Positions 19,172 through 28,627 of a DNA stretch of 64,000 nt are shown piece by piece (position 1 is the stretch's first letter; the number at the start of each line of letters is the position of its first letter). A program made the translations under genes and the position numbers. This stretch comes from an uncultured Gemmatimonadota bacterium (lineage in GTDB: Bacteria > Gemmatimonadota > CAZMKB01 > CAZNLH01). The DNA lies in NCBI GenBank assembly GCA_964577985.1, contig CAZOAR010000004.1, positions 6,470 through 70,469 on the forward strand, in the 5' to 3' direction. Under the pieces are notes generated by a model. It was not told where the DNA came from. It did no database searches and worked only from the letters and a program-made list of their open reading frames with translations.

Positions 19172-21535
19172 CTATTTTTTCTTCTGTTTCATCTGTTCCA
19201 CGAATTCAAGAAGCCTCTTTTTCTCACCGGGGTCCGCAACATGAGGGAGATACTCCTCGAACTCCCGGATCGATTCCTGATAGTGCCCCATCTTGTAATA
19301 AGTAACACCGAGATTGGAGTGAACTTCCGCCATCCCGGGCTCGAGCGCGAGAGCATCATTGAAATGGTCGATCGCCTCCCGGTATCTCGCATTATCATCA
19401 CATATCAATCCCAACTGGTTGTGGGCCTCCGCCGCATTCTCATCCAGGGCGATCACCCTCTCGAACATCCTCTCCGCATCGGCCGGATTCCCGCTCTTGT
19501 AATAACAGCTCCCGAGCGCATAGTAGAGACGGGGAGACAGCGTGTCACCATCGTCGAGCGCACCTTCAAGGGGCCGGAGACTGGCCAGTGCGGCTTCGAA
19601 GTCGCCGTCCTTGAGCAGATACTCCCCCAGCAGCAGACGCGCCCGCGCATTATCCGGCTCCATCTCAAGGATGTGTGACATTACCTCCTCGACCCGACCC
19701 AATTCTCCCATCCTGCCCCACAATCCTGCTTCGAGGAAGAGCGGCCCGGGTTTCTCGGATATCATGGGGTGCACATCTTCCAGCCTCCTCTCGGCCTCGG
19801 CCGTATCCCCCATGGCCAGCTCGGCGTCGACAACAGCGAGGCCCGCAACAATGTTAGTCGGGTTTATGTCGAGCACCCGGCCGAATGATTCGGCGGCTCC
19901 CCGGTAGTCCCCTGACTCCATTCTGGCGAGGCCGAGATAGTAGTGAGCCGAGACATTCCTGGCGTTCTTCGCAATGGCATTCTCGAGATAGTCGATCGCG
20001 CTCTGGAGCGAACCCATTTCCATCCTGGCCAGTCCTTTTCTCATGGTCGCATCTGACAACGAAGCCTGCCGATATTCCTTGAGCTTCTCCTTGGGATCGG
20101 GGAGAGACTGATCGAACATCTCTTCGTAGGAGGAAGTATACTTTTCCGTCGTCCCGAGATATCCGAGTGCCCTCAGTTTCTCGCGACGTTCATCACTGAG
20201 CTGATCTTCAATAGGTGTAGACATCTCTTTTCCCGACGCATCGGAGTAGATCCTGATACCCGATATCATCTCATTGAAGATCTCTCTCAGGGAATCCGCC
20301 ACTGAAGGCATCGACCCGATCAGGTTTTCCATCTCGCGCGGATCGGACCTGAGATCATACAACTCTTCCAGAGGCGCGGAGATGTACTTCCAGTTCGCGT
20401 TGCGAATGCCCCTGAGCCCGCACCATCCATAAAGGATATAAGGCGATACGCACTCCAGATAGGAAAAACCGCTACCCCCGCCCTCGCCGAAGGGGTAGAG
20501 GCTCGTACCCTGAAAATCGTGCTTCCCCCTCCACTTCACTCCCAGGATGTCCAGAACAGTGGGCAGCAGATCGATGTGCCCGGCATCACCAATATTACGG
20601 AGCCCCTCTTCTATAGTGCCCGGCATCGAGAATATCAACGGCACATGGACAGTCTGGTCATAGACAAAGTGGCCATGCGTCCTCTCCCCGTGATCGCCGA
20701 GCCCCTCTCCGTGATCGGCCGTCACGACGATAAGCGTCTTCTCCCTGATGCCCAGATCGTCGAGTCCCCGGATGAGCTTCCCCACCTGCTCATCAGCATA
20801 TGATATCTCCGCATCGTAGAGTCTGTACCGGCGTTCCTGTGATCGGGGCGACAGACCGGCAGCGGAATCGGACCACGGCGGAGGCGGATCGAGAGGTATG
20901 TGCGGATCGAAGTAGTGGGCAAAGAGGAAGAATGGCCCTTCATTCACCATCGAGCCCGCGAGGGCCAGAGCCTTTTCCGTTACTTCTTCCGCCCGCCGCT
21001 GGGTATCGTCGTACTGCGTCTTCAACTCCTTCACATCCGGCTGATAGCAGGTGAACGCTCCGAAGTCGTCGTCATAACGGCCGAATCCCTGCGAGATGCC
21101 ACTGGTGGAATCGATAACGACCGCACCGACCACGGCAGCGGTTGAGTATCCTTCTTCCTCCAGGATTTCCGCCAGAGTCTTCGACGACTCGTCGAGATGA
21201 AAACCCTCGTTGTAGTGCACACCGTTCGTGGGCGGCAGCGTGGAGGTCATTATTGCAGATATTGCCGGGAGCGTGATGGGGACGTGAGAACCAGCGTGTT
21301 CGAAGAGAACGCCCGATCGCGCCAACTCGTCTATGTTTGGAGTACCATTACTGTCGTAGCCATAGCAGCCCAGATGGTCTGCGCGAAGGGTGTCGATGAT
21401 TATCAGCACGAGGTTCGGCCTGTCAGGACCCCTCCCCCTGAGGAATAAAAAACCAAACGTTACGATCAGCGCGGCTGCACATGCGAAAAGTAATGCGCGT
21501 CGGCATGTATAACCCACGTTCCGGACGTTTCCCAT
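19172..21535 (-). CDS. Sulfatase-like (alkaline phosphatase superfamily) domain + C-terminal TPR repeat membrane protein, paralog 1
   Basis: 787 aa. N-terminal TM/anchor, then IIIDTLRADHLGCYGY (metal-binding D-T...D-H), the ...TADHGEGLGDHGERTHG motif, then ~300 aa of TPR repeats. Where sulfatases have C/S-x-P-x-R this protein has T-L-P-A-I (SHVPITLPAISAIMTS), so there is no FGly site. Confidence 0.8.
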   Translation of the reverse strand: MGNVRNVGYTCRRALLFACAAALIVTFGFLFLRGRGPDRPNLVLIIIDTLRADHLGCYGYDSNGTPNIDELARSGVLFEHAGSHVPITLPAISAIMTSTLPPTNGVHYNEGFHLDESSKTLAEILEEEGYSTAAVVGAVVIDSTSGISQGFGRYDDDFGAFTCYQPDVKELKTQYDDTQRRAEEVTEKALALAGSMVNEGPFFLFAHYFDPHIPLDPPPPWSDSAAGLSPRSQERRYRLYDAEISYADEQVGKLIRGLDDLGIREKTLIVVTADHGEGLGDHGERTHGHFVYDQTVHVPLIFSMPGTIEEGLRNIGDAGHIDLLPTVLDILGVKWRGKHDFQGTSLYPFGEGGGSGFSYLECVSPYILYGWCGLRGIRNANWKYISAPLEELYDLRSDPREMENLIGSMPSVADSLREIFNEMISGIRIYSDASGKEMSTPIEDQLSDERREKLRALGYLGTTEKYTSSYEEMFDQSLPDPKEKLKEYRQASLSDATMRKGLARMEMGSLQSAIDYLENAIAKNARNVSAHYYLGLARMESGDYRGAAESFGRVLDINPTNIVAGLAVVDAELAMGDTAEAERRLEDVHPMISEKPGPLFLEAGLWGRMGELGRVEEVMSHILEMEPDNARARLLLGEYLLKDGDFEAALASLRPLEGALDDGDTLSPRLYYALGSCYYKSGNPADAERMFERVIALDENAAEAHNQLGLICDDNARYREAIDHFNDALALEPGMAEVHSNLGVTYYKMGHYQESIREFEEYLPHVADPGEKKRLLEFVEQMKQKKK

Positions 21536-21591
21536 CTACTCATCCCTTCTACCGCCATCCCGCGCGGTTCGCCAGCGCGGCAGGCTGCATA

Positions 21592-23316
21592 CTACCTCGA
21601 CTTCAGATAGTCGAGGGTCTCTCTCAGCTTGACCCTCTCCGGCCCGACAGGCGCTCTTTCCAGAGCGAGCTCAAGTTCGTCTCTCGCCTTCTCCTCCTCG
21701 CCTTTTCCCATGTATGCGAGTCCGAGGTGATATAATGCCTGCCAGTTTGTCTCTCCCATGTCCCGCATACCTTCGAGCATCGCGATACATTCGTCGAACA
21801 TCGAGTTCTTCAGATACAGGCCGGATATATTGATCTTCGCTCGAATGGCGAGCCTGTTATTGTATTCCCCGATCTTCTCCTTCGGGTCTGCCAGCGAGTC
21901 CTCGAACATCTGCTCGTAGAGGGTTGTTTGCTCAACCGGATTACCTATGTAGCCGAGCGCCCTCAGCTTGTTTATCCGATCCGATTCATTCTTCCGACTG
22001 TTTTCCATCGACATCTCGCTGCCATATCCGGCTTCATAGAGATCAATGCCTCCGATGATGGTGTTCATCTCCTTCCTGAGAGAATCCACAACATCCGGCA
22101 TGGTCTCCGCGAGGTTGACCGCCTCATAAGGGTCCGCCGCGAGATTGTACAGCTCCTCTCCGGGAGTATCGATGAGTTTCCAGTTCAGGCTTTTCACACC
22201 CCTTATGCCGCTGTAACCGAATACGATATAGGGCATGGCGCACTCGAAATATGAGAATCCGGAGTTCTCCTTATCCGGGAAGGGGTAGAGGCTCCTGCCC
22301 TGGAGGCTCTGCCTCTCTTTCCACTCGATACCGAGAATATCGAGTATCGTGGGAAGGAGGTCTATATGACGGGACAGCCCGGCATATTTCATCCCCCGCG
22401 GCAGTCTTCCCGGCATCGAGAAAATCAACGGCACATGCAGGGTCTGTTCATATGCGAAATACGCGTGTGTTTTCTCCCCGTGCCCGCCCAATCCTTCCCC
22501 GTGATCGGCGGTCAGGACAACGAGCGTATTCTCCAGCAGTCCGGACTCCTTGAGGCCATCCAGCAGCCTTCCTATCTGTTCGTCGGTGTAGGCTATCTCT
22601 CCGTCATAGAGCTCCAGTTGTCTCTCATATGAATCTTCCGCCACGCTCGGATCCGGCTTCGAGTAAGGCGGAGGGGGATCATACGGCGCGTGCGGATCAA
22701 AGTAGTGGACAAAAAGGAAAAAGGGAGAGTCCCCGGAAAGTGAGTCCACATACCCCAGGGCCGCCTGAGTGACATCCCCCGCCCTGCGCTGCGTGTCACT
22801 CTTCACCTGCCGAGGCCCCTTCAGGTAGACCTCGTAGCCCGTGTACGCCATCTGAAAATCGTCATCGTAACGGTCGAAACCCTGAGAGAGGCCGCTGCTG
22901 GAATCGAGCACCGCCGCGCCTACGACTGCCGACGTGGAATATCCTTCCTCCTTCAGGATCTCCGCTAGCGTGACAGAAGAATCATCGAGATAAAAACCCT
23001 CGTTGCTGTGCACCCCGTGTGTCGGTGGGAGGGTCGACGTCATGATCGACGAGAAAGATGGCAGGGTTATCGGGACATGCGAGGTGGCATTCTCTGCCAG
23101 TATCCCGTCGAGTGCAAGCCTGTCGATATGAGGTGTCTCGATCGCCGTGTAACCGTAACAACCGAGGTGGTCTGAGCGCAGCGTATCGATCACGATCATG
23201 ACCAGGTTGGGCCTGGCCTTCGCCCATGGAAAGAAGCTGCCGCAAGACGACACGACGATCATGCCGGCCAGCGCCACGAGGAAGGCGCGGAGTAATGACC
23301 GATGATGATACCCCAC
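21592..23316 (-). CDS. Sulfatase-like domain + short TPR tail membrane protein, paralog 2
   Basis: 574 aa. Same core motifs: VIDTLRSDHLGCYGY, TSHVPITLPSFSSIMTS, TADHGEGLGGHGEKTHA. C-terminal TPR repeats. Confidence 0.8.
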   Translation of the reverse strand: MGYHHRSLLRAFLVALAGMIVVSSCGSFFPWAKARPNLVMIVIDTLRSDHLGCYGYTAIETPHIDRLALDGILAENATSHVPITLPSFSSIMTSTLPPTHGVHSNEGFYLDDSSVTLAEILKEEGYSTSAVVGAAVLDSSSGLSQGFDRYDDDFQMAYTGYEVYLKGPRQVKSDTQRRAGDVTQAALGYVDSLSGDSPFFLFVHYFDPHAPYDPPPPYSKPDPSVAEDSYERQLELYDGEIAYTDEQIGRLLDGLKESGLLENTLVVLTADHGEGLGGHGEKTHAYFAYEQTLHVPLIFSMPGRLPRGMKYAGLSRHIDLLPTILDILGIEWKERQSLQGRSLYPFPDKENSGFSYFECAMPYIVFGYSGIRGVKSLNWKLIDTPGEELYNLAADPYEAVNLAETMPDVVDSLRKEMNTIIGGIDLYEAGYGSEMSMENSRKNESDRINKLRALGYIGNPVEQTTLYEQMFEDSLADPKEKIGEYNNRLAIRAKINISGLYLKNSMFDECIAMLEGMRDMGETNWQALYHLGLAYMGKGEEEKARDELELALERAPVGPERVKLRETLDYLKSR

Positions 23317-23318
23317 GA

Positions 23319-25688
23319 TTATCCTCCGGAAATCTCCTTCTTCCTGATCTCCTCGATGAACGCCTTCAGTCGCGTAACCTCGACATCATCTTCCGCATAC
23401 GGTAGATAACGTTCGAACTCCTCCCGCGATTCCCTGTAGCGGCCCATCTTATAATACGTAACTCCAAGGTTGGAATGGACGTCGTGAAGCCCGGGATTCA
23501 GTCGAAGCGCATGTGTGTACTCCTCAATCGCCCGCTGATATGCGCCTGTCTCATCATCGCTCAGGCCAAGCTGATTGTATGCGTCCGCTGAGGATGAATC
23601 GAGGGACACCACACGCAGGAACATCCCTCTCGCACTGTCGGGTTCCCCGCGGCTGTATAGACAGCGCCCCAGACCGTAGTAGACACGATAGGCCAGGCTG
23701 TCCGCAAGGTCCTGGTTCTCAAGGAGCGATTCGAGGTGGGGAAAGGCCTCCTCGAAGCGGCCCCCCGAGAGGTACAGCTCCGCGAGAGATATACGAGCCT
23801 TGTCGTCTCCAGGGTCTATCTCCACCGCTCGATTCATGGTCTCCTGCGCTCGATCCGTCATGCCCAGGCGTTTGAACAACCGGCCTGCAAGCCTCAGTTC
23901 CCTCACGGTGTCTATGCCGACGGAAAAAGCCGATTCCAACCACGTAACGGCGGCGGCAGAGTCGCCCCGGGCCAGATTGAAATCTGCCGAAGCGATATCC
24001 GCCCTCACATTATCAGGTTCGATCTCGAGTACGCGTCCCATCTTCTCCAGAGCGGCGCCATAATCCCCACGCTTTGCATCTATCAAGCCGAGATAGAAAT
24101 AGGCGTTCGAGTTCCGCGAGTATTGCGCTATCGCCGACCTCAGATACTTCTCAGCCTTATCGAGCGAATCCATAGCCGCGTACGCAATTCCAACGCGCAG
24201 GCCAAGGTTCGACAACATCGCCAACCTGTACTCATCGTGTTTCTCCTTCGGGTCGGGGAGAGAAGGGGCGAACATATCCTCGTATCCAGCTTCCAGATTC
24301 TTCGGTGCGCCGATATATCCGAGGGCCTGAAGCTTCTTCTCGAATTCCGGACTCGTTTCATCCTCACTCACCGTCGAAAAACCACTGCCGCCGTCTTCGC
24401 CAGAATAGATCTCTATATTCGCAAGCATATCTCCCATAGCACTCCTCAGGGAGTCAGCCATCCGCGGTCTCCGGTCTATCAGGTTTGTCTGTTCGCCAGG
24501 ATCCTCCGCGAGGTTGTAAAGTTCTTCAGGCCCGGAGATATACTTCCAGTCCCTGCTCCGAACCCCCCTCTGAGCGCCCCACTTGAAGACAATAAACGTG
24601 GTCGCGCTCTCCAGGTATTCGAATACCGGAGCCCGGTCGTCGTCGAATGGAAAGAGACTTCTCCCCTGAAAATGTTTCCCCCGTCCTTCGATACCGGCTA
24701 TGTCGAGGATTGTGGGGGCGATATCTATGTGTCCCGCCAGCCCCTTGTAGACCTCACCCTCGGGGATCGTGCCCGGCATCGAAAATATGATCGGAATATG
24801 CATGGTCCCGTTGTATATGTAGTAGCCGTGTGTCTTCTCGCCATTATCTCCGAGACCATCTCCGTGATCAGCGACAAGAACCACCAGTGTGTTTTCCAGG
24901 AGGCCGTCCGTCTCGAGATTCCTGAGGAGTCTCCCTATCTGCTCATCGGCATAGGCAATCTCGCCGTCATACCGCTGAAGGCGGATCTCCCCACTGTCCT
25001 CCTTCAGGCTCGGATCGACCAGCGAATAGGGAGGAGGAGGGTCGTATGGGGCATGAGGATCAAAGTAGTGGAAGAACAGAAAAAAGGGTTCCTCCTCCGA
25101 CTCGGATGCCGCGATATCGAGCGCCAGATCGGTTACCTCAGCGGCCCGTCTCTGAGTGAAGCTGAGTTGATCCTCCAGTATCTTTATCTGAGGCTGGTAG
25201 ACCGAGAATCTCCCGAAGTTGTCATCGTACCGTGAGAATCCCTGTGAAACGCCATTGACGGAATCGAGGACTACGGCACCCACAACGGCGGCGGTCGAGT
25301 ATCCTTCATCCCGAAGTATTTCCGCGAGCGTCTCAGCGGAGTCATCGAGGCGGAACCCCTCGTTATAATGCACTCCGCTGGTGGGAGGGATTGTCGATGT
25401 CATGATCGAAGAGAAGGCTGGAAGCGTCAGTGGGACGTGAGAGGTCGCGTTCTCCAGGAGAACGCCCTTCCGGGCGAGATTGTCGATATTGGGCGTTCGA
25501 ATCTTATCATAACCATAACAACTCAAGTGGTCCGCCCGGAGCGTGTCCACGGCGATCAGGATGATATTGGGCCGTCTTCCATGCCAGTAGCCACTCCAAC
25601 GGGCAATAAACAGGAGCGAGAGAGACACCAGCACGACGAGCGAAACAACAAACACCGATTTCCTTTTCAATTCATTGCCCTCATACAC
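23319..25688 (-). CDS. Sulfatase-like domain + TPR repeat membrane protein, paralog 3
   Basis: 789 aa. AVDTLRADHLSCYGY, TSHVPLTLPAFSSIMTS, VADHGDGLGDNGEKTHG. Long C-terminal TPR region. Ends 3 bp from the start of paralog 2. Confidence 0.8.
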   Translation of the reverse strand: MYEGNELKRKSVFVVSLVVLVSLSLLFIARWSGYWHGRRPNIILIAVDTLRADHLSCYGYDKIRTPNIDNLARKGVLLENATSHVPLTLPAFSSIMTSTIPPTSGVHYNEGFRLDDSAETLAEILRDEGYSTAAVVGAVVLDSVNGVSQGFSRYDDNFGRFSVYQPQIKILEDQLSFTQRRAAEVTDLALDIAASESEEEPFFLFFHYFDPHAPYDPPPPYSLVDPSLKEDSGEIRLQRYDGEIAYADEQIGRLLRNLETDGLLENTLVVLVADHGDGLGDNGEKTHGYYIYNGTMHIPIIFSMPGTIPEGEVYKGLAGHIDIAPTILDIAGIEGRGKHFQGRSLFPFDDDRAPVFEYLESATTFIVFKWGAQRGVRSRDWKYISGPEELYNLAEDPGEQTNLIDRRPRMADSLRSAMGDMLANIEIYSGEDGGSGFSTVSEDETSPEFEKKLQALGYIGAPKNLEAGYEDMFAPSLPDPKEKHDEYRLAMLSNLGLRVGIAYAAMDSLDKAEKYLRSAIAQYSRNSNAYFYLGLIDAKRGDYGAALEKMGRVLEIEPDNVRADIASADFNLARGDSAAAVTWLESAFSVGIDTVRELRLAGRLFKRLGMTDRAQETMNRAVEIDPGDDKARISLAELYLSGGRFEEAFPHLESLLENQDLADSLAYRVYYGLGRCLYSRGEPDSARGMFLRVVSLDSSSADAYNQLGLSDDETGAYQRAIEEYTHALRLNPGLHDVHSNLGVTYYKMGRYRESREEFERYLPYAEDDVEVTRLKAFIEEIRKKEISGG

Positions 25689-25761
25689 GCGGATAGTCGG
25701 CGCGGAACACGATCATCGGGCATTCCACGTGGCTGTCATCACCTTGTGAACGTTGCCTTAT

Positions 25762-26811
25762 CTACTCCGACCCTTCGGCCCCCTTGATTCCCTTCACCTC
25801 CACCGTCACGACCTTGACAGGATACATCTCACTATTCGTGTGAATCTCCACCGTGCTGTTGAATCCAGCTGGTGGGAATCCCGGCAATACCGCCACATTC
25901 AGTCGGTATTTCTTTCCATCCTCGACTGTCTTCAGTTCGCACGCTACAAACTCGCTGTTGCTCTTGATCTCGTTGACTATCAGCGGCTCATCCGTGTAGT
26001 TCCTCAGCAGGACGTTGTACGCGAGTTTCCCCTCGAAATCGTTTCTGACGTTCTTGAAGGTTATTGTATACGGTGCTATCGTGTAGGGCTGGTCAATCCC
26101 GACAAAGATGGGTATGCGGACGAGTGGCTCATCATTGATACCTGTATAGACATTGACGGCGGCCGGTAGTGTCCTTCTCCTCGTGTGGGAGTCTATCGAT
26201 ACTGCTATTCGCACCGTGTCCGATCCATCCGACTCGAGCATCCTGGCCTTGACCAGTTTACCGTTCGACTCCACGTGTTTCACGTTGAGGTCATAGCCCT
26301 CCATGGGAGTCAGCTTCACAATCTGCTCCGGGATCAATTCTCCTGGCTTGTACCCGCCGAGCCTAATCTGGGACGGACTCACGTTCACGGCGACGTTAAC
26401 CGATCCTTTCATGGTGACTATCGCCTCGGGCTCACCCGGATCGTTTGTGGCTATGCGAACAGATTTTTCGAGTTCACCCTGCTCAAGTGTAATAGAATTC
26501 ACACCTACCTCGATCTGCATGCTCTCCCCAGGCAACAGCGATTTCCTGGTGACATTGGCAGTCGTGCACCCGCAATCGGGGTCAGGCTCACCAATTGTGA
26601 GTTCTTCGTCCCCGGCGTTCGTGATCGTGAACGAGTGGTGGACCTTCGTGCCACGGAATATCTCCCCGAAATCATAGACGGGTTCCGTTATCTCGATCCT
26701 TGGACCCTTCTCCCCGCCTTCCCCGGCTGCGGCTCCGTCAGGGGCTGCAAGGGTCAAGACCAGCATGGCAACTACCATAGAAACAAACATGAACGTGCGA
26801 TTCCAGATCAT
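25762..26811 (-). CDS. DUF1573 (ASH/PapD-like beta-sandwich) domain secreted protein
   Basis: 349 aa with a signal peptide. The N-terminal domain has the DUF1573 signature YDFGEIFRGTKVHHSFTITNAGDEELTI...PDCGCTTA. The rest is further beta-rich sequence. Confidence 0.65.
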   Translation of the reverse strand: MIWNRTFMFVSMVVAMLVLTLAAPDGAAAGEGGEKGPRIEITEPVYDFGEIFRGTKVHHSFTITNAGDEELTIGEPDPDCGCTTANVTRKSLLPGESMQIEVGVNSITLEQGELEKSVRIATNDPGEPEAIVTMKGSVNVAVNVSPSQIRLGGYKPGELIPEQIVKLTPMEGYDLNVKHVESNGKLVKARMLESDGSDTVRIAVSIDSHTRRRTLPAAVNVYTGINDEPLVRIPIFVGIDQPYTIAPYTITFKNVRNDFEGKLAYNVLLRNYTDEPLIVNEIKSNSEFVACELKTVEDGKKYRLNVAVLPGFPPAGFNSTVEIHTNSEMYPVKVVTVEVKGIKGAEGSE

Positions 26812-26827
26812 CGGGATGACTCCTTTC

Positions 26828-28627
26828 TCACTGTTTTGTCTTGAGATACTTCAACGCTTCCCTGATTTCCACGCGTTCAGGGCCGACCGGCGCAAGATCG
26901 AGTGCCGACAGGAACTCTTTCCGCGCGCGATTGTTATCCGTTTTTCCCATGCGGGCAAGACCAAGATTGTAGTGTATCATCCATTCTCTGTCGCCCTGGT
27001 AGTCGAGACCTTCGAGGAGTTGAATGGCCCTGTCGTACCGTTCCTGCTCGATGAGCTGCCCCGCAAGTATTATCCTGCCCGTCGCGATCTGCCGGCGACT
27101 GTAGGCCGGCATCATCTCCTTCGGGTCGGGAAGGAGCGAATCGACATCATCTCCTGTGTCAACGACGTCTGTCAGGTATCCGAGACTCTCCAGGAGTCCT
27201 TTCCGTTCAGGGTCCATGGAGATCGCCCTGGACAGCCCACCCTCCTTACTCGAAAAACGCTCGATGACGCCGCGGAGCCTTTCTCTCATGGCAGAGGCCA
27301 TCTCCGGCATCTCGTCCACCAGATTCATGACTTCACCCGGGTCTTCCTCGACGTTGTACAACTCGGGCTCGGGGGCCTGGATATACTTCCACTCATCCCA
27401 CTGCACACCCCTCAGGGCGCTCCATCCCATGAAGATCTTCCCGTAATAGGTCTCAAAATACGCCTCGACGTGCGGGAGTTCTTCTTCTCCCATAATCTGA
27501 GCTGACAGACTCATCCCCTGCATCCCGCCGGGTCGATCGAGTCCCATAATATCTATCATCGTGGGCATCAAGTCAATCGTTCGTACGGTACCATCCACGG
27601 TTTTTCCCACCGGAATTATCCCCGGGCACGAGAAGATGAGCGGGACACGAATTGTGCTGTCGTAGAGGAAATACCCGTGCGTTGCTTCATAGTGCTGCTG
27701 GAGCCCTTCACCGTGATCGGCCACAAAGACAACAAGCGTGTTCTCATCGAGTCCGAGCGCTTTCATACGTTCGAACATCCTTCCAAGTTGTCTATCCACC
27801 TCGGCGATCTCGCTGTCATAGGCCCATACGGGGGTCTCATCGGGGCTGTATCTCTGAGGGGGAAGCTTCCCCGGTGAGTCATATGGAAGATGCGCGTCGA
27901 AGAAATGGATAAAGAGAAAGAAGGGATCTCCTGAATTATCTCCGAGCCACTCGACAGTCCTGTCCACGACCGCCTTAGCGCGTCGTCTCCCTGCATTCTC
28001 GTGATCGTCCCCGGCAACCGTCGACCCATCCGTGACTTCCTCGAGCGCCCCGAAGTCGTCATCATAATCATCAAAGCCCTGGTTGAGCCCCTGTCTGTGC
28101 GCGAGTGCAGCGCTCCCGACAATGGCTTTTGTCTTGAAACCGGCCTTGCTGAAAACTTCCGCAAGCGTCGTCGCCGAGTCGCTCAACGCGTTTGTCTCGT
28201 TCTCGCGGATCCCGTGATAGATCGGGTAGGTGGACGTGAGGATAGACGTAAACGAGGGAAGCGTCAGCGGAACGGCACTCCTTGCGCCGGTGAACATTAC
28301 TCCATTGCCGGCGAGCGCGTCGATGGTCCTCGAATCCCCCCTGCCGTAACCATAGCATCCCAGGTGGTCTTTCCTCAACGTGTCGACCGAGATGATGATC
28401 GCATTGCGTGGCCGTTTCTCATTCCCCGCGGTCGTGCAGGACGACAGGAAGAGGAGAAGGAAGATGACAAGGCAGACAACCATGCGCTGCCGGTCTGCTG
28501 GAGGATTCGATGATGTCATATGGCCTGATACACGGTTCCTGATTATACTTGACATGTGAGACAAGGATCTATCTCCAGACCCTCGCACATCCGCCCGCGC
28601 GAAGATGGATCGGATCATCCGGATCAT
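26828..28627 (-). CDS. Sulfatase-like domain + short TPR tail membrane protein, paralog 4
   Basis: 599 aa. SVDTLRKDHLGCYGY, RSAVPLTLPSFTSILTS, VADHGEGLQQHYEATHG (second His motif partly altered). C-terminal TPR. Confidence 0.8.
   Translation of the reverse strand: MIRMIRSIFARADVRGSGDRSLSHMSSIIRNRVSGHMTSSNPPADRQRMVVCLVIFLLLFLSSCTTAGNEKRPRNAIIISVDTLRKDHLGCYGYGRGDSRTIDALAGNGVMFTGARSAVPLTLPSFTSILTSTYPIYHGIRENETNALSDSATTLAEVFSKAGFKTKAIVGSAALAHRQGLNQGFDDYDDDFGALEEVTDGSTVAGDDHENAGRRRAKAVVDRTVEWLGDNSGDPFFLFIHFFDAHLPYDSPGKLPPQRYSPDETPVWAYDSEIAEVDRQLGRMFERMKALGLDENTLVVFVADHGEGLQQHYEATHGYFLYDSTIRVPLIFSCPGIIPVGKTVDGTVRTIDLMPTMIDIMGLDRPGGMQGMSLSAQIMGEEELPHVEAYFETYYGKIFMGWSALRGVQWDEWKYIQAPEPELYNVEEDPGEVMNLVDEMPEMASAMRERLRGVIERFSSKEGGLSRAISMDPERKGLLESLGYLTDVVDTGDDVDSLLPDPKEMMPAYSRRQIATGRIILAGQLIEQERYDRAIQLLEGLDYQGDREWMIHYNLGLARMGKTDNNRARKEFLSALDLAPVGPERVEIREALKYLKTKQ

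Noticed and set aside
23736-25235. 499-aa plus-strand ORF inside the paralog array
   Set aside because: Antisense to sulfatase-like paralog 3. The composition is Arg/Pro/Leu-rich and no domain is recognisable. It is a GC-driven open frame.
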